Shown here: positions 20,069-30,472 of the stretch, in pieces | How positions within the stretch are numbered: position 1 is the stretch's first letter | Layout of the letters: every line of letters begins with the position of its first letter | Assembly (NCBI GenBank): GCA_043823065.1 | Contig: JBDRBB010000003.1 | Coordinates: forward strand, 1 to 64,000 | Reading direction: 5' to 3' | DNA: 64,000 bases | From: Pseudomonadota bacterium | Lineage (GTDB): Bacteria; UBA10199; 2-02-FULL-44-16; DYJF01 | Notes under the pieces: generated by a model | What the model saw: the letters and a program-made list of their open reading frames with translations, nothing else | Told to the model about the DNA's origin: nothing | Databases searched by the model: none | Translations under genes and position numbers: made by a program

Positions 20069-20741
20069 GATAAAAACACCTAAAAATATTCAAAAACCCC
20101 AATTTGGCTCACTTACAGGCCTTTTAAACACTCCTGAGCGCCTCTGGATGACTATCCTCCTCATCCACAATCGGGAGAAGGCACTTACCATCCGCGAATT
20201 TGCATCTATTTCAGGTTTAAGTTTGGGATTCATTTCCAAATTTTCAAATATTCTTCGAGAAAACGGTTTTCTCAAACAAGGTAAGTGTTTGCAAATTACT
20301 GAACCCGGACAACTTTTGAATATCGTCCGCGACCTCTATTTTTTTGAAGGCAATCGTATTGCCTCTTACTACTTTGAAGATTCTAGAGATGAGCTCTTAA
20401 ATAAAATAAAGCGTGGTGGCAAAAAACACCCTTATGCCTTGACCAGGATGTGCGGAGCGTCGCTTATTGCTCCTTTTGTTCGTTTTGAATATGTTGATTT
20501 TTATGTTCCGAAGGCAGAGGACATCACCTACTGGAAGGATTACTTAAAACTATTTGATGTGGAGGTGAGCGGCAATATGAATATTGTGGTTCCTCAGGAT
20601 TCAAAAATCCTCACTCAGACACAAGCGATTAAGGGATGGACTGTGGTCAACAACATCCAACTCTATTTGGATTTATACAAATATCCTGCCAGAGGTAGGG
20701 AACAAGCTGAACACTTACGCGAAAGGATTTTGAAAATATAA
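20061..20741 (+). CDS. AbiEi-like antitoxin / winged-helix regulator (type IV TA)
   Basis: N-terminal HTH (TIREFASISGLSLGFISK), C-terminal IQLYLDL...RGREQAEHL; stop overlaps the start of a nucleotidyltransferase gene. Confidence 0.75.
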   Translation: MNMIKTPKNIQKPQFGSLTGLLNTPERLWMTILLIHNREKALTIREFASISGLSLGFISKFSNILRENGFLKQGKCLQITEPGQLLNIVRDLYFFEGNRIASYYFEDSRDELLNKIKRGGKKHPYALTRMCGASLIAPFVRFEYVDFYVPKAEDITYWKDYLKLFDVEVSGNMNIVVPQDSKILTQTQAIKGWTVVNNIQLYLDLYKYPARGREQAEHLRERILKI

Positions 20742-21595
20742 TGGAACGATTTATCACACATTTTGAAAACAACGAAGCAAATATTTCGCTGTCAGTTTTA
20801 TTAGAATTAATGACTATTTTAGGACAGTATCGCAACTCAATTTATCTAGTTGGTGGCTGGGCTCCATATTTTTTACTTCAACAATTCCAGAAAAAAGATG
20901 ATTTCTTTGAACATGTTGGTTCCATCGATATTGACCTTGTTATTGATTTTACAAAGATTTCAGAGAACCAATATGCAGGTATTGTCGAACTGCTTGAAAA
21001 ACGGGGTTATCAAGCCAGAAAAGATCGTCTGGGAAAACCAATCCCGTTCTCATTTGAACGAACTGTTCAAGAAATGGCTCTGGCTATCGATTTTCTGGCT
21101 GGTGAATATGGAGGAACCACAAACAAACACAGGCATCAACAGGTACAAGATGAACTTCTTGCTAGAAAAGCGCGAGGTGCTGATTTATTGCCAGAACACC
21201 ACATGACATTGCAACTAGATGGATATCTTCCCGGTGGAGGTCATAATAGATGCGAGCTGAAAATGGGGAATCTTGTCAGCATCCTTTCTATGAAGGGAAT
21301 CACGATAGCAGAACGTTACAAAGAAAAAGACGCCTATGATATCTACGCCCTTATTGCCCACTACAAAGAAGGTGTCACCTCTTGCTTTGATGAAATATCG
21401 CCTTTCTGCAAACACGGTCTTGTTAAGGAGGGAATGAAAAGTATCTGTGAAAAATTCGCTACGGAAAAATCGGTTGGCCCGCTCTGGGCGTCAACTTTCA
21501 TGGCCCCTGGTGATCCAGCCATTGCAAAAGAAAGACAAACAGATATTTTTAGGCAGGTCTTTCCGTTTGTGAAAAAGATGAACCAAATTGTTTAA
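20741..21595 (+). CDS. AbiEii-like nucleotidyltransferase toxin
   Basis: LVGGWA...GSIDIDL pol-beta NTase motif and KEKDAYDIY motif. Confidence 0.75.
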   Translation: MERFITHFENNEANISLSVLLELMTILGQYRNSIYLVGGWAPYFLLQQFQKKDDFFEHVGSIDIDLVIDFTKISENQYAGIVELLEKRGYQARKDRLGKPIPFSFERTVQEMALAIDFLAGEYGGTTNKHRHQQVQDELLARKARGADLLPEHHMTLQLDGYLPGGGHNRCELKMGNLVSILSMKGITIAERYKEKDAYDIYALIAHYKEGVTSCFDEISPFCKHGLVKEGMKSICEKFATEKSVGPLWASTFMAPGDPAIAKERQTDIFRQVFPFVKKMNQIV

Positions 21596-21804
21596 GATTG
21601 TTTGTGCAGATCACGCTGGAAATGGCGATAATTAGTCACTATCAGCCATATAGCATCATAAAAACAGATACAAAAAATTTTCTGTAATTTGAACACAAAA
21701 TAATCACATATACTTCAACAAGTTATAAATTAAGACTTTGTCTGCAAGTGGCATATTTACTGCATCAGCTAGTAGAAAGGTTAATAAATTGAAAGGAGCA
21801 AAAT

Positions 21805-22032
21805 ATGTCAACTTGCAGGGATGGGCTAAATTGTGTAAGCAAAAATAAATCAAAGGGACCGTTCTATGACAATAAGCTATGGACAGTTGACCGATTTTCT
21901 AAGTATTTAGACGTGCCAACAGCTACAATTAGGGATTGGTGTTATAAGCGCTTGATTCCTTTTGTAAAGATTGGACGTCATATCCGTTTTATGCCCTCCG
22001 ACGTTGAAAAATGGCTATTTAGAAAGGAATAA
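21805..22032 (+). CDS. excisionase-like HTH DNA-binding protein
   Basis: WTVDRFSKYLDVPTATIRDW...IPFVKIGRHIRF pattern; directly upstream of an integrase. Confidence 0.85.
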   Translation: MSTCRDGLNCVSKNKSKGPFYDNKLWTVDRFSKYLDVPTATIRDWCYKRLIPFVKIGRHIRFMPSDVEKWLFRKE

Positions 22033-22034
22033 TA

Positions 22035-23147
22035 ATGGCCATTGATAAAAGAAAACGTCACAGAGGTTTTATTTATCGTGTTAGAATACTTGTTGATGGA
22101 AAGCGTGTTTCCAAGAGCTTTGCTCGTAAAATTGATGCAATTAAGTTTGAACAGCAAGCTCAAGTTGATCCAACAATAGTTGATGGTTTCAAGCTCTCAT
22201 TTAAGCAAGCTGCCTTGGATTGGCTGAACAATCATGCCCGGCCACGAAAGGCGCCTGGTACAGTTAAGAACAATGAGAGAATAATCAATAAAGATTTGAT
22301 TCCATACTTTGGTGAGATGAAGATTGCCAAGATTCAATCAGGACACATTGATAGTTTTATAACATCCCTAAATGGCAAGATGAGCAACGCCAGTATCAAT
22401 GATCATTTAGAGCTGATTCGTGCAATTTTCAACTATTACATCAAACGCAGGGCCCTTTCTTATAACCCTATGAGTGCAGTTGATTTTTTGAAAGTTGATC
22501 CAAAGGCTATGAAGTTTTGGAGTTTGGCAGAAGCTAGAAGATTCTTGGAACATGCAAAGTCAAAGTATTTTGAAACGAATAAAGAAGCTATTTATTTTTA
22601 TTATTTGATCTCACTTAATACTGGCATGAGGGCTGGCGAGGTTTTGGCGCTTAAATGCGCTGCTATTGATTTTGAGAGCCGCTTAATTATGGTTTGTAGA
22701 ACCAAGTGCCATCATACACATGAAGTAAGGGAGACAACCAAAGGCAGGCGTATCCGACATGCTCCAATGAATGATGTGCTCTATGAGGAGCTAAAGGATT
22801 TAAAAGCTAGGTCACAAGGCTCTGAATGGGTCTTGCACACAAAAGGTTGTATGTTAGATCATTGTAACATTACCAACCGCCATTGGAATCAAGATATAAG
22901 AGGATCTGAAGTTTCTAGAATTCGCATTCACGATATGCGGCATACTTACGCATCTCATTTCATGCAGCAAGGTGGAGACTTGTTTAAGCTGCAAGCAATT
23001 CTAGGTCACGCAGATATGCGAACTACTATGCAATACTCTCACTTTTCAAAGGCATTTCTACAGGAGAATGCAAACATAGTTCAGTTTGGAACAAGTGATA
23101 ATTTAGTTAAGGTTAATTTTGGTAAAACAGGAACGAGTGATTCATAG
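22035..23147 (+). CDS. tyrosine recombinase/integrase
   Basis: TGMRAGE, HDMRHTYAS, LGH...TTMQY catalytic residues intact; ends 70 nt from the tRNA-Gly 3' end. Confidence 0.95.
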   Translation: MAIDKRKRHRGFIYRVRILVDGKRVSKSFARKIDAIKFEQQAQVDPTIVDGFKLSFKQAALDWLNNHARPRKAPGTVKNNERIINKDLIPYFGEMKIAKIQSGHIDSFITSLNGKMSNASINDHLELIRAIFNYYIKRRALSYNPMSAVDFLKVDPKAMKFWSLAEARRFLEHAKSKYFETNKEAIYFYYLISLNTGMRAGEVLALKCAAIDFESRLIMVCRTKCHHTHEVRETTKGRRIRHAPMNDVLYEELKDLKARSQGSEWVLHTKGCMLDHCNITNRHWNQDIRGSEVSRIRIHDMRHTYASHFMQQGGDLFKLQAILGHADMRTTMQYSHFSKAFLQENANIVQFGTSDNLVKVNFGKTGTSDS

Positions 23148-23217
23148 ATTGTGGTCCCAGATTGGTCCCAGAAAGAAAAACGGCACTCACGAATTTCGCA
23201 AGTGCCTGATTTCCTTG

Positions 23218-23289
23218 AGCGGGAGAAGGGGTTCGAACCCTCGACAACCACGTTGGCAACGTGGAGCTCTACCGCTGAGCTACTCCCGC
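23218..23289 (-). tRNA. tRNA-Gly(GCC)
   Basis: GCGGGAGTAGCTCAGCGGTAGAGCTCCACGTTGCCAACGTGG...GGTTCGAACCC...CCCGCT; downstream of pgsA. Confidence 0.95.
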
Positions 23290-23338
23290 ATCATAAAACT
23301 GGGCTGGTTATATGCAACAACTTAACAATTATGTCAAG

Positions 23339-23941
23339 CTAGCTTAGACGCCTTTTCGGCAACTCAATAAAAAATCTAATCACATAATGAAGGCCTGAGC
23401 CAATGGATAGCAAGAAAGATGGCACCATAAGAGCCCACCCTATTAAGTTCCAATGCACGCCTAAAAATGGATAGTGGAGCAAAAGACAAGTTGTTGCTGA
23501 AGATACAAATGCAGACTTATATTTACCCCAATGTGAAGCATCTATAACAATCCCCTCTTCCACCGCAATCCCGCGCAAGGCTGTAATAGTCACTTCTCGC
23601 ACAAAAAAGATGGCCACCAACCAAGCTGGAATCCAGCCCAAGGGGACCATCATAATCATGGCTGTTATAAAAAGGAGTTTATCTGCCAAAGGATCTAAAA
23701 ATTTGCCAAACGTGCTAGTTGTTTGGGCACGCCTGGCTAAATATCCATCTAACATATCTGTAGCCATAGCCACGGCAAACACAAGCCCAGAAACCAAAGC
23801 CATCCAACGACCCAGATGGGGTTTTTCTGGATAATGTTCTATGATAAGCAAGAATAAAATTAAAACCGGGGCTATAAGTAAGCGCCCAAACGTAATAGAA
23901 TTAGGCAAATTCCAAAATTTTTGACTAGGATTTTGTGTCAT
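23339..23941 (-). CDS. pgsA: CDP-diacylglycerol--glycerol-3-phosphate 3-phosphatidyltransferase
   Basis: NLPNSIT; TDMLDGYLARR...FGKFLDPLADK CDP-alcohol phosphotransferase motif. Confidence 0.93.
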   Translation of the reverse strand: MTQNPSQKFWNLPNSITFGRLLIAPVLILFLLIIEHYPEKPHLGRWMALVSGLVFAVAMATDMLDGYLARRAQTTSTFGKFLDPLADKLLFITAMIMMVPLGWIPAWLVAIFFVREVTITALRGIAVEEGIVIDASHWGKYKSAFVSSATTCLLLHYPFLGVHWNLIGWALMVPSFLLSIGSGLHYVIRFFIELPKRRLS

Positions 23942-24024
23942 AGGTTGGCCTACTTTACGAAGCTTTAGACTATTTTGTCAAAGAGATTGTATTTCAACTC
24001 AGTGCCTGCTAGGATTTATTGCTT

Positions 24025-25611
24025 ATGAAAATTCAAACTGATTATCTGGTAATTGGCAGTGGCATTGCAGGCCTAACTTTTGCCCTGTCCGTTGCTGACA
24101 GCGGTACAGTAGCTATTGTTACCAAACGCAATAAAAGTGAATCAGCCACAAATTATGCCCAAGGTGGCATTGCCGCAGTTGTTTCAGAAGCAGATTCTTT
24201 TGCCAATCACATTGAAGACACTTTACTAGCTGGTGATGGATTATGTAATAAAAAAATTGTGCAAGAAGTCGTGCAGGAAGGACCAAAACAAATTACCAAC
24301 TTGCTCAATTGGGGAGTACAGTTCACCAGGGGCAAAAAATGGCCATTTGATCTCACTAAAGAAGGGGGACATAGCCACCGCCGCGTTCTTCATGCCGGCG
24401 ATATTACAGGACAAGAGATTGAAGAAGCTTTACTGGCTGCGGTTGATCAACATCCAAACATTGCTATATATGAAGATCATATTGGCATTAATTTAATTAC
24501 GCAAAAAAAACTAAATCCAAAAGACAAAAAACAAAACCGCTGCTTAGGCGCCTATGTTTTGGACATCAACACCAAACATGTAAAAACATTTGCTGCGCCA
24601 ATTACGCTTTTAGCAACTGGTGGCGCTGGTAAAGTTTATATCTACACCAGCAATCCAGATATTGCCTCTGGAGATGGCATTGCCATGGCTTATCGGGCTG
24701 GCTGTCCAGTTGCCAATATGGAGTTTGTGCAATTTCATCCAACCTGCCTCTATCATCCAAAGGCAAAATCATTTTTAATCTCCGAAACTGTGCGCGGCGA
24801 AGGCGGAATTCTACGTTTGCTAAACGGCGAAGCATTTATGAAAAAATATGATGCGCGCGCAGAACTTGCCACGCGCGATATTGTAGCCCGAGCCATTGAC
24901 TTTGAGCTAAAAAAAAGCGGCGAACCGCATGTGTTATTGGATATTACACACAAACCAGCTTCTTTTTTGAAAAAACGTTTTCCAAATATTTATCAAACCT
25001 GCTTGCAATATGGAATTGATATTACCAAAGAACCAATCCCTGTTGTTCCTGCTGCCCATTATTTTTGCGGCGGCGTGATGACTAATGAATTTGGTCAAAC
25101 CAATCTAAATGGCTTATATGCAACAGGCGAAGTGGCCTTTACCGGCTTGCACGGCGCAAATCGTTTGGCTTCTAACTCACTTTTAGAAGCGGTAGTGTTT
25201 TCAGCCAGGGCTGCTCACAAAGCCAAAAAACAAGTCAGGCAGTTGGCCAAGGGAAAAACCCCAACCATTCCTTTTTGGGATACTGCTAGGGCCAGAGACA
25301 GCGATGAAGAAGTGGTAATCACTCAAAATTGGGATGAAGTAAGAAGATTCATGTGGAATTACGTGGGCATTGTCAGGTCCAACAAGCGTTTAGAGCGCGC
25401 TAAAAAACGCATCAAGATTTTGCGCGCAGAAATTAAGGAATACTATTGGAATTTTACGATCACCAGAAATTTAATTGAGCTGCGCAACATCGCCCTGGTT
25501 GCAGATTTAATTATCGAGTCTGCCCTAAAGCGCAAAGAAAGCCGTGGCCTGCATTACAACATTGATTATCCTAAAAAAAGCAAGAAAATCAGAAACACGA
25601 TTATAAAATAG
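24025..25611 (+). CDS. nadB: L-aspartate oxidase
   Basis: [45 protein letters not shown]. Confidence 0.96.
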   Translation: MKIQTDYLVIGSGIAGLTFALSVADSGTVAIVTKRNKSESATNYAQGGIAAVVSEADSFANHIEDTLLAGDGLCNKKIVQEVVQEGPKQITNLLNWGVQFTRGKKWPFDLTKEGGHSHRRVLHAGDITGQEIEEALLAAVDQHPNIAIYEDHIGINLITQKKLNPKDKKQNRCLGAYVLDINTKHVKTFAAPITLLATGGAGKVYIYTSNPDIASGDGIAMAYRAGCPVANMEFVQFHPTCLYHPKAKSFLISETVRGEGGILRLLNGEAFMKKYDARAELATRDIVARAIDFELKKSGEPHVLLDITHKPASFLKKRFPNIYQTCLQYGIDITKEPIPVVPAAHYFCGGVMTNEFGQTNLNGLYATGEVAFTGLHGANRLASNSLLEAVVFSARAAHKAKKQVRQLAKGKTPTIPFWDTARARDSDEEVVITQNWDEVRRFMWNYVGIVRSNKRLERAKKRIKILRAEIKEYYWNFTITRNLIELRNIALVADLIIESALKRKESRGLHYNIDYPKKSKKIRNTIIK

Positions 25612-25638
25612 GCAACTTTTTACCAAGAGAATCGATAA
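25612..25638 (+). promoter_or_regulatory. sigma28/FliA-like promoter
   Basis: GCAACTTT-N11-ATCGATAA immediately upstream of the HAD gene. Confidence 0.6.
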
Positions 25639-25647
25639 GATATTATT

Positions 25648-26544
25648 ATGAAGTCAGGTGGAGAAATAGTTTACAATTCATTAGTAAACATTCCAGCCAT
25701 ATATTTTGATCTGGATGGAACGCTATTGGATGAACCCAATGAGCACGGCGATTTTTTTATTCGCGAGTCAGCAATTGCGGAGATAAGAAACTATCAAGCT
25801 TGTGGCGGACAAGTAGGCATTGCAACTGGGAGAACAATACAACAAACTCTACCCTTTATCGGCCCAGGCAACCATCAAATTCAACCTGACTTACCTTTAA
25901 TCACTTTTAACGGCGCACTCACCCAAAATTATAATTATCTGGAACAAACAATCACGAATATAGAACCGCTTGACCAAGAAGCTGCCAGACAATTTATTGA
26001 AGAAGCCAGAAATTTAAGTGATGTCATCGGCCTGGTGGTATATGGAGCAATCTATACGGTGGTTGATGATGCGCAAGAACTGCAAACCTATTTATTTGAC
26101 AATAACGTAACAAATTTTCAGGAAGATTATAATTTAACTCTTCCTGAAGATGATTTTATTCTTAATGTTGTAGCAGTCTTTAGCAGTTCTGCAAGCAGGC
26201 AAAATCTGGAAGTTCTTAACAATCTTAATGATGATACTAATTTAATTCTAATGCGCAGAGAAACTGTGGAACTTGTGGGCGCAAATACACACAAATCCCC
26301 TGCTATTTCCAGGGCTGCTGCAGATGCAGGATTTGATATTTCCATGATTCTTTATTTTGGCGATAGTCATAATGATCTGGATATTCTGGAAGCTGCGGGC
26401 TGGGGAGTGGCCATGGGCAATTGCCGCAGTGGCGCCTGCCAGGCTGCTGATGAAATTATTGACACTAACCATACAGATGCTATTGCAGATTACCTTATGG
26501 AATTTGCCATAACCAATACATGCTATAACCTCAGTGGTTTTTAA
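25648..26544 (+). CDS. Cof-type HAD-IIB hydrolase
   Basis: DLDGTL, ATGR, K, GDSHND, AMGN motifs. Confidence 0.88.
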   Translation: MKSGGEIVYNSLVNIPAIYFDLDGTLLDEPNEHGDFFIRESAIAEIRNYQACGGQVGIATGRTIQQTLPFIGPGNHQIQPDLPLITFNGALTQNYNYLEQTITNIEPLDQEAARQFIEEARNLSDVIGLVVYGAIYTVVDDAQELQTYLFDNNVTNFQEDYNLTLPEDDFILNVVAVFSSSASRQNLEVLNNLNDDTNLILMRRETVELVGANTHKSPAISRAAADAGFDISMILYFGDSHNDLDILEAAGWGVAMGNCRSGACQAADEIIDTNHTDAIADYLMEFAITNTCYNLSGF

Positions 26545-26565
26545 TTAGATTAGAAAGGATATAAA

Positions 26566-26970
26566 ATGAAAAAAATAACATTGCTAATAGTCTTAAGTAT
26601 AGTCTTTGCTGGATGTGGATCTACTTTGGCCACTTTTTTTCCCACAGTGACTGTTTCTGTTACTGAATTAAATTTTACAGCCACTGCTAATGGGGGTGAC
26701 CCTGCAATCCAGCAAATAACCGTAGATTGCACCTATAATGAAACCTCTTTATTGGATCCTCAAAATTGCGAACTCAATTTAACTACTGAGCAAACCTGGA
26801 TTGATGTATATCCCACAACTACAATCGGCCAAGAAAATGTTGAAGTAACAGTCAACATTACCGGCCTGGAACCTGGCACCTATCAAGGAAACATCCACGT
26901 TGAATCCGAATTCCCAAATGCCACAGATGATGAAAGAGATATCACGGTTAACTTAACGGTTAATCCTTGA
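26566..26970 (+). CDS. lipoprotein with BACON/Ig-like domain
   Basis: lipobox FAGC; LNFTATANG...WIDVYP...VTVNITGLEPGTYQGNI...VNLTV. Confidence 0.75.
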   Translation: MKKITLLIVLSIVFAGCGSTLATFFPTVTVSVTELNFTATANGGDPAIQQITVDCTYNETSLLDPQNCELNLTTEQTWIDVYPTTTIGQENVEVTVNITGLEPGTYQGNIHVESEFPNATDDERDITVNLTVNP

Positions 26971-27034
26971 GCCGAGCTACATCTTATTATGATCAAGGCT
27001 CTCGGCCGACTTTATCATATCAAAACTTTCCTTA

Positions 27035-27115
27035 TGGATGGGCAGTACAATGCTCGTCGATATCTCGGCAAATTTGAGCATCAGCTGTCTGGGCTTGAGG
27101 ACTATTAATCCTCAG
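27035..27115 (-). repeat. partial inverted copy of the 5622-5828 element
   Basis: GGCAAATTTGAGCATCAGCTGTC(T)GGGCTTGAGGACTATTAATC is the reverse complement of part of 5638-5720, with a few substitutions/indels across the match. Confidence 0.88.
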
Positions 27116-27141
27116 GACTGCCAAACATTTTAGATAAAGTT

Positions 27142-27660
27142 TTAAGATTGCCCTTTGCGGCGCATTTCTAGGGCAAGGAACAAGCGTGATACTCCCCAGA
27201 AAAGTACATACCAGGCTAGCAACCAGGCCAACGCCAATGGTTGCCTAATTAAAATAATGCCAACGACAATGTTGATCACGCCCAGAAACGCCAGAAAATA
27301 CCTACCAACCATAAAATGAAAACCAGCAATGATATCACTGATACCACTTAAGATAAAAAACAAACCAATAACCATGATGATTACTTCAACGTTAAATAAC
27401 CATACTAATACCGTGGCCAGCACACCAATTAATAAATAGAGAACTCCTGTAGTTTTGGCCTTAAGTTTAAAATATTGAAGCGCTGAAGAAATTGTGTAGG
27501 ATAAAATAAAAACAGAAAGTATGAGCTGCAAAATCCAAAACGCTGCATTCATCAAGGTCATTACTCCACCTGGATAAACAAGCATGATAATACCTAAAAC
27601 AATTGCCGTGATTGAACCAAACACAGAATAACCTAGCGGCGGTCGTTCAATAATTAACAT
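27142..27660 (-). CDS. HdeD/DUF308-like membrane protein
   Basis: six TM helices with repeated G-I-x-x-I-x-x-G pattern; GGAGGGG RBS. Confidence 0.75.
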   Translation of the reverse strand: MLIIERPPLGYSVFGSITAIVLGIIMLVYPGGVMTLMNAAFWILQLILSVFILSYTISSALQYFKLKAKTTGVLYLLIGVLATVLVWLFNVEVIIMVIGLFFILSGISDIIAGFHFMVGRYFLAFLGVINIVVGIILIRQPLALAWLLAWYVLFWGVSRLFLALEMRRKGQS

Positions 27661-27718
27661 ATCCCCTCCTTTTTAATTAAAAATTAACCAATTTTAAGCC
27701 AAAAACCCGAGAAAATAC

Positions 27719-27745
27719 ACAACTTTTTCTTATAACTGCCGAAAA
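27719..27745 (+). promoter_or_regulatory. sigma28/FliA-like promoter
   Basis: ACAACTTT-N11-GCCGAAAA, 57 nt upstream of the 845-aa gene. Confidence 0.55.
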
Positions 27746-27765
27746 TTAGATCAATAATGAAAAAA

Positions 27766-27792
27766 TAGATTCCCGTCTTTGCGGGAATGACA
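27766..27792. repeat. ATTCCC-N8-GGGAAT palindromic repeat (half element)
   Basis: TAGATTCCCGTCTTTGCGGGAATGACA, same family as the carB insert. Confidence 0.75.
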
Positions 27793-27802
27793 AAGGTAAT
27801 TT

Positions 27803-30340
27803 ATGTTTTCAGGCAGCGAACTAGAAAATAAGCCTCTGGCTACTAGATTTTTTGATGCTTTTTCAGTTCAGATTGACCACCCCAATGTTGAACCCTGTTA
27901 TTCATCTGAGCTACCTGCCATCGCTGAAGATCTAAGCCGCATAGAAAGAGCAAAATCACCACCTTATTACGATCAGTTTACTTCTTCATCTGAAACAACA
28001 CAAATGGCTTTAGTACGCAGATCTTTTTATGCTGTTCATCAAAATCTGCATCAATTGGGTCATGCAGCTTTTTCAACAGCAAACTACTGGATATCGCGTT
28101 GCCGTTTATTTTTAGCTACTGGCAATGAACATGCCTTTGATGTTTATGGACAAGATCGAGCGGCAGTGCAAGAAGCTAGAGTTGATTTTCATTATAAAGT
28201 GAACCAATGGCTGCAAGCCAATGAACGAACTAGATCGTTTTCCACTCTCAACCAAGCCATGAATATTTTATTAGAAGCAGAAACCAGAGGCGTTGCTGAA
28301 GTAGATCGCGCAGCATTATATGGTGTTCGCAGCCTAAGGCTGGCCTATCTCATGTCTCGTTTGTTAAGAATTTCACTAGATGGTGATCTGCGCTTACCTG
28401 TTTTTGAATCGTTTAGCCAAACAACGCTTTACCCAGAGCATCAAACTCCTGCAAATTCAACAATACCTGAAGCTGAATTGCGGCCAGGCTTTTTGCGATC
28501 AATTGAAATACCTCTTGGCCAACAAATTCCAGAAGCCTTAATCGAATATGTTCAGAGGGCAAGAAACGCGGCCATGCAATCTTCGGCAAATAATTTGCCA
28601 AAAGTGCTAAGCGCTATTGATCATTTTCATCCGTGGTCATGCCTTGAAGAACCGGCCGAGAACAATGGTTTTAGAAATGGAAATGGCCGTTCTGCCCAAA
28701 ATTTAATCAGCATTTTTGATCATCTTCCCCAAACAGCCAGAAGCAGCGTTAGGCAATGCGAATTTATGCTTGATCAGATTATTCACTCAGAAATGTTTCA
28801 GCGTTTTAATGCTAGCCAAAACAGGTTTAGTCCCAATTGGGCAACTCGTCTGCAACTGGCCCGCTCTTTATTGATGCAAGCTCTAAATAGTGGCGTTTCA
28901 GAACGAATCAGACCTGCTTATATCAGATTAATCAGAACCGAAGGTGCGTTAGGTCAGGCGCTTAGTCTTGAATCAGACCAAGCCAATCAGTTTGCGAATT
29001 TAAATAGATATGAAACTGCTTGGGCCAAAAATGTTTATGCTCAAGCTCTAAATCTGCTGCATACTGAACCTGAACTAAATAATAATCCAGAAGCGTTCTT
29101 TGATCGCTTTTTTGAACAAGAGGCTCTAAGATTAAGAAGAGCTTGCGGTCAAAGTTCTGATGTTTTTAATCTTAGCCGACCTGATTTTCAGGCTTTATAT
29201 CAATTAAGAGAACATTTTCCTCAAAACTTGCGCGCTTGGTTTGAAAACTTAATACCTCCTAAAACAGCTAGTTCTTCTTCAACTGAGCCGTCATTTAATA
29301 TCAATTCATTAAGAAATGCCTTTCGTTCTCTGAACCCACAAAATTGGCAAGTTAATGCAGCTGGTTCAGTAGCGCTTGAGTCAACGATGGCTGAAACGAT
29401 TCCAGAACAACCTTTGGCCAGACCAGCAACCATTGTTCCCCCAAGACTAACCCTTGGTGGTTTTCTAGCTGGTACCGGAATAAATGCCAGCATTATAGGT
29501 CTTTCCTATGCTGCAATTTATGGTTATGAACGATCCTGCCAAGCTTTGGAAACACAACCAACCTGGTACGGCAGGCTTGGCGCAGCTTTTACGCCAATGG
29601 CAGGAGCAGTTGCCTTATCTTTGCAACAACCTGTTGCTCAGTACGGCCTGTCCACTGGTTTAAGAGCTGGTTTACGCCCAATCGGGCCAAACCTGGCTGC
29701 CTTTTGGATTATTAGTCTGGGAGTTAATCTGGCTGAACGCATGCTAGGAATTGATCCTCACTCCACAGGCGGCACAGCAGGCGGCGTTCTGGTCTCCAGT
29801 GGTTTGGCTGTGCTAGCTTCTCACACTACAATCACCATTGGTGGACAAGCTATAACCGCAGCCACAGCCACTGCAGCCACTGCTACTTTGGGCGAATTAA
29901 TTGCAGCTGCAGCTATTCCAGCAATTGTGGCCTGCGTTTCATTTGTGGCAGGTGTTGGTCTGGGCATAGCTGCTGATCATGTTTCAGGAAGAGTATATAG
30001 AGGTATTGCAAATAGATTGGCGGGCCTGAATGATGGCAGACATTGGATGGGTCTTGATGGTCAGTTCAGCGATTTACTCGCAACCTCCTGGACCATTCTT
30101 TACAATGGCGCAACCAGTTCTGTTTCAAATAGAAATATTAGAGAATTAAGTAATCATGAATGTGTAACAGCTCGCGTAAATGATGCGGGAGAAACTCAAT
30201 ATTACACTAGATACTGGTGGTTGCCTTTTGAAGTGCAAGTTGATGATGAAGGTCTGCTTCCTCCGATGCACTATATTCGCGCTGCCCAACACTATTATAG
30301 TCATATTCAAAGAACTATCATTGGCGCCCTACACCTTTAA
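27803..30340 (+). CDS. large orphan protein (845 aa), helical N-terminus plus hydrophobic Gly/Ala-rich C-terminal domain
   Basis: long ORF without a signal peptide; C-terminal ~295 aa homologous to the 36084..38666 product. Confidence 0.88.
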   Translation: MFSGSELENKPLATRFFDAFSVQIDHPNVEPCYSSELPAIAEDLSRIERAKSPPYYDQFTSSSETTQMALVRRSFYAVHQNLHQLGHAAFSTANYWISRCRLFLATGNEHAFDVYGQDRAAVQEARVDFHYKVNQWLQANERTRSFSTLNQAMNILLEAETRGVAEVDRAALYGVRSLRLAYLMSRLLRISLDGDLRLPVFESFSQTTLYPEHQTPANSTIPEAELRPGFLRSIEIPLGQQIPEALIEYVQRARNAAMQSSANNLPKVLSAIDHFHPWSCLEEPAENNGFRNGNGRSAQNLISIFDHLPQTARSSVRQCEFMLDQIIHSEMFQRFNASQNRFSPNWATRLQLARSLLMQALNSGVSERIRPAYIRLIRTEGALGQALSLESDQANQFANLNRYETAWAKNVYAQALNLLHTEPELNNNPEAFFDRFFEQEALRLRRACGQSSDVFNLSRPDFQALYQLREHFPQNLRAWFENLIPPKTASSSSTEPSFNINSLRNAFRSLNPQNWQVNAAGSVALESTMAETIPEQPLARPATIVPPRLTLGGFLAGTGINASIIGLSYAAIYGYERSCQALETQPTWYGRLGAAFTPMAGAVALSLQQPVAQYGLSTGLRAGLRPIGPNLAAFWIISLGVNLAERMLGIDPHSTGGTAGGVLVSSGLAVLASHTTITIGGQAITAATATAATATLGELIAAAAIPAIVACVSFVAGVGLGIAADHVSGRVYRGIANRLAGLNDGRHWMGLDGQFSDLLATSWTILYNGATSSVSNRNIRELSNHECVTARVNDAGETQYYTRYWWLPFEVQVDDEGLLPPMHYIRAAQHYYSHIQRTIIGALHL

Positions 30341-30402
30341 TTTTGTAGCAAATCCTTGATTTCTGTCTCAATTTTGAATAGTTTGCTTAAACTTAAGAAA
30401 CA

Positions 30403-30438
30403 CCCTCCCCCTGGCCCCTCCCCTCAAGGGAGAGGAGA
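30403..30438. repeat. REP-like C/G-rich palindrome
   Basis: CCCTCCCCCTGGCCCCTCCCCTCAAGGGAGAGGAG; GC-rich hairpin in an AT-rich spacer; single copy here. Confidence 0.45.
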
Positions 30439-30472
30439 AGAGGTAAAAAAACATCCATAATTTGGAGGCCAC

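Larger units (their letters stand above)
19532..23217. mobile_element. small integrative island at tRNA-Gly (left boundary unresolved)
   Basis: xis-int abutting the tRNA 3' end, tandem TGGTCCCAG repeats (23152, 23163) like arm-type sites, TA cargo, IS remnant; second att copy not found. Confidence 0.65.
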
